From: a virus
Lineage: Duplodnaviria > Caudoviricetes
Direction: 5' to 3' (one strand)
Length of the DNA: 45,300 nt
IMG/VR virus record: IMGVR_UViG_3300030207_002883
Coordinates: 1 to 45,300 of that record
Position 1 is the first letter of the stretch. Every line of letters starts with the position of its first letter. The notes under the pieces are model-generated. The model was not told the origin of the DNA. It searched no databases and saw only the letters and a list, made by a program, of their open reading frames with translations. Of this stretch, positions 43,064-45,300 are shown in pieces. A program made the position numbers and the translations under genes.

Positions 43064-43767
43064 TGACAAATAAAAGAATCAGCCACAAGGTTCCGTGGCC
43101 TCTTAGTTCTTACCTCAGTAGACAATTAGAGATTCACCCATTTATGGGAGATACTACTGTAACTTACGGTATTACATCAAATAATGATGATGGCTACTGG
43201 AGAACCTCAAAGACATATGCTCATGATCCTTTTGCTAATAATCTGTACACAAGTGCAGTAAAAGGTTCTGGTGATTTTTATATTGGTTTTGATAGATATT
43301 AACAAATGTCTCACAGATACAGATATTACAAGGCTTTCTTTAGATTCCAAGATGTAATGGTGCCTCAGGGAGCTACTATAAAGAGTGCATATTTGAGTCT
43401 ACCTTTTCAAGCAGGAAATACTCAAGTATTTAGAGTGGCTGGGCTAGATGCTGATGATGTTGATGAGCCTCCTTTAGATGCACAACATACATACGCTGAT
43501 CATGATAGTGAGACAACTGCATATGTTGATTGGACTCTTCCTGATCAATCAGGAGCAAGTGGCGTACAATACAATACAACTCCAGATATTAAATCTATCA
43601 TAGAAGAAATTGTAGGTAGAAGTGGGTGGGTCAAAGGAAACAATTTGATGCTGTTTGTTTACCACTCTACTGCTAATCAATCAGCAGATAAACGCAGAAC
43701 AGTGTATGCAGTTGAAGATAATACTCCAACAGCAGACGAAGAAACAAAATTAGAAATAACATATTAG
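43063..43767 (+). pseudogene. DNRLRE-like beta-sandwich protein interrupted by one in-frame TAA (43300-43302)
   Basis: ORFs 43063..43302 and 43306..43767 are in the same frame; SNNDDG...FFRFQDVMVPQGATIKSAYL reads as one domain. Confidence 0.55.
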
Positions 43768-43783
43768 TTGTGAAGGAAATCAA

Positions 43784-44092
43784 GTGGCTTTTACAAAAGT
43801 AATGACTACTGTTACTGCTAATAGCAACAGTACTGTATATAAATTCAATGGTGGAGAAGGTCAGATTGTAGTATCTGGTACATTTGATACATCAACAGTT
43901 ACGCTACAAATGTCTCCAGACGGAGGTACTACATGGGTGGCTGTAGGTGATGCATCTACTTTTACCGCAGAAGGAGCTGCTGGATTCTCAGTTCACCCCT
44001 GTCAATTACGAATCAATGTAGCTTCTGTTGGCTCTAGCACATCTGTTAATGGTTGGTTATCCGCAGAAGTTGCTGATGATCTATACACATAA
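43784..44092 (+). CDS. putative small virion beta-sandwich protein
   Basis: VSGTFDTSTVTLQMSPDGGTTW pattern; GTG start with AAGGA RBS. Confidence 0.65.
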   Translation: MAFTKVMTTVTANSNSTVYKFNGGEGQIVVSGTFDTSTVTLQMSPDGGTTWVAVGDASTFTAEGAAGFSVHPCQLRINVASVGSSTSVNGWLSAEVADDLYT

Positions 44093-44103
44093 GGAGTCTA
44101 CTA

Positions 44104-44397
44104 ATGGCAAAGCTAAAGTCAGCTCAATCCTCTAGGCCACGAAATAATGCTGAGTTAATCTCTAAGTATGAACGAGGTAAACTTAGACCTAAAAGAAATG
44201 ATGGAAAAATGGAGGGCCATCAAAGGCATCAAATCTCTAAATTAGCTGCCTACAATAAACAAAGAGCTAGAGGTAATCCTAAAAACGTACCAACAAAAGT
44301 TCGTGGACAGAGCAAGCCTCGTATGACTTCAGCTATGACACAAGACAAAATTAAAAAGGCTGGTAGAACTCTAAGCAAGATTAAATGGAAAAGATAA
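44104..44397 (+). CDS. small K/R-rich protein
   Basis: 97 aa with AAGGAG RBS. Confidence 0.7.
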   Translation: MAKLKSAQSSRPRNNAELISKYERGKLRPKRNDGKMEGHQRHQISKLAAYNKQRARGNPKNVPTKVRGQSKPRMTSAMTQDKIKKAGRTLSKIKWKR

Positions 44398-44445
44398 GGG
44401 AATAAACACCAAGCGCGCGCGTTACGGAGTATCGATTCTCTTTAC

Positions 44446-44492
44446 AACCCCGTCTATCAGTTCAGTTAATGAGCTTTTAGTCGGGGTTTTTT
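44446..44492 (+). terminator. probable intrinsic terminator
   Basis: AACCCCG...CGGGGTT outer stem with inner AGTTCA/TGAGCT pairing and a T tract. Confidence 0.55.
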
Positions 44493-44499
44493 AATGTAT

Positions 44500-44528
44500 T
44501 TGCATCAAAAGAGGCGCATTGGTACATT
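44500..44528 (+). promoter_or_regulatory. candidate promoter for the terS-like gene
   Basis: TTGCAT-17 nt-TACATT with a TGn extended -10. Confidence 0.5.
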
Positions 44529-44534
44529 TAAGGC

Positions 44535-45104
44535 ATGGATGAGCAAACAGAAAACATGACTGAAAACCTTGAACAGCCCCCAGTCAATGTTTCAAAAGGT
44601 GGGCGACCAAGTAAACTAGATCAGCTTCTCTCCCAGAGAGATAGATATGAGCAGATGTTACAGTATCTAAGGCTTGGTGCGACTGTAACTAGTATTTGTG
44701 GTGTTCTGGGTGTTGCTCCGAATACGTTCGCTACTTGGATGCGTAAAGGTAAGGATGCTACCAAGGGTAAGTATCGAGAGTTTTATTGGGATGTCATCGG
44801 TGCTATCGGTCATGCCTCTGTAATGGTCGAGGCACAAATCAAAGTAAATAACCCTATGGCATGGTTAAAGAATGGGCCAAGACGTTTGTTGGGAGATGAA
44901 TGGCGAGATGATCCAGACCAATTAATCAGGTTTGAAGCTGAGGTAGAGCATGAACATATTGTCTATGACGGGCGTGCGCCAGCTACTAATGAGTCTCTAG
45001 CAGCAGCATTAACAGAGCTAAAGAATGCAGGGCTAGTGTCATTCAATAAGAATATTGTGGACGGAACTGTAGCCAAACCAAATGCTGATAAGAAAACTGA
45101 CTAG
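44535..45104 (+). CDS. probable terminase small subunit (HTH)
   Basis: GGRPSKL...LRLGATVTSICGVLGVAPNTFATWMRKG; would lie upstream of terL if the genome is circular. Confidence 0.7.
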   Translation: MDEQTENMTENLEQPPVNVSKGGRPSKLDQLLSQRDRYEQMLQYLRLGATVTSICGVLGVAPNTFATWMRKGKDATKGKYREFYWDVIGAIGHASVMVEAQIKVNNPMAWLKNGPRRLLGDEWRDDPDQLIRFEAEVEHEHIVYDGRAPATNESLAAALTELKNAGLVSFNKNIVDGTVAKPNADKKTD

Positions 45105-45195
45105 CATCATCTCTATGCTTGAGCGAATTATATGTACTAGAATGAGTAGCATCACTTGAATGCTTGAGCGAATATATTTCTTATGCTTGAGCGAA
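45102..45195 (+). repeat. three clustered ATGCTTGAGCGAA copies (45115, 45160, 45183)
   Basis: The first two are preceded by TAGCATCA, giving AGCAT-N7-ATGCT dyads. Confidence 0.85.
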
Positions 45196-45215
45196 CCTGA
45201 ACAGGAGAATAAAAA

Positions 45216-45300
45216 ATGCCTAAACGTGACAAACAACTAAAGAAGAAGTTCAGAACTCCCCAAGCTAGATCAGGTCATCTTGGTGGACTAAAAGGTGGGC
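45216..45300 (+). CDS. partial basic protein, truncated by the window end
   Basis: AGGAG RBS; MPKRDKQLKKKFRTPQARSGHLGGLKGG... Confidence 0.6.
   Translation, partial: MPKRDKQLKKKFRTPQARSGHLGGLKGG

Noticed and set aside
43300-43302. Stop-codon reassignment (alternative genetic code)
   Set aside because: Only one in-frame stop was seen. TAA, TAG and TGA all end well-defined genes elsewhere, and no suppressor tRNA is visible.
44413-44421. GCGCGCGCG run in AT-rich intergenic DNA
   Set aside because: Single short occurrence with no supporting context.
10560-44660. Shared peptide QLLSQRD(H/R)YE in gene 10383 and the terS-like gene
   Set aside because: The similarity does not extend beyond about 10 residues and the proteins are otherwise unrelated; probably coincidence.
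45102-45195. Clustered repeats as a mini CRISPR array
   Set aside because: The repeat core is only 13 nt and the periods are irregular (45 and 23 nt). No cas operon is present, and the Cas4-like nuclease sits in a standard exonuclease-Sak4-SSB context.
45216-45300. Direct circular join of the window end to position 1
   Set aside because: A join would fuse this ORF in frame to 45..281, but no terminal overlap is visible and gene 45 has its own RBS. Contiguity cannot be established from the window.
1-45300. Host assignment
   Set aside because: No tRNA, attachment site or host-derived gene allows it. Sigma70-like promoters and AGGAG RBSs only indicate a bacterial host.

Overview
The window looks like a near-complete, circularly permuted genome of a tailed dsDNA phage (siphovirus-like). 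The probable small terminase is at the right end and the large terminase at the left. The morphogenesis module is Mu/lambda-like (Mu gpI-like protease, gpD-like decoration protein, major capsid, gp36/gpG-like neck, tail tube, tape measure). Its gene order is scrambled: the portal and the frameshifting tail chaperone lie downstream of the tape measure gene. A leftward early block ends in an SF1 helicase. A rightward replication block carries a RuvC-like resolvase, a family-4 UDG-like protein, a PD-(D/E)XK exonuclease, a Sak4-like ATPase, an SSB-like protein, PolA and a TOPRIM/AAA+ primase-helicase. It is followed by a ParB-DUF4417-like gene and a cluster of very basic small proteins. I saw no integrase, transposase, tRNA, CRISPR array or recognisable endolysin. 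The most unusual signal is non-coding. It includes a candidate ~60-nt small RNA with its own promoter and terminator, complementary to the polA leader and to replication-gene RBSs. There are also two structured RNA elements sharing a 22-nt hairpin, and two families of dispersed intergenic motifs. All family assignments come from motif recognition by eye; no database search was run.
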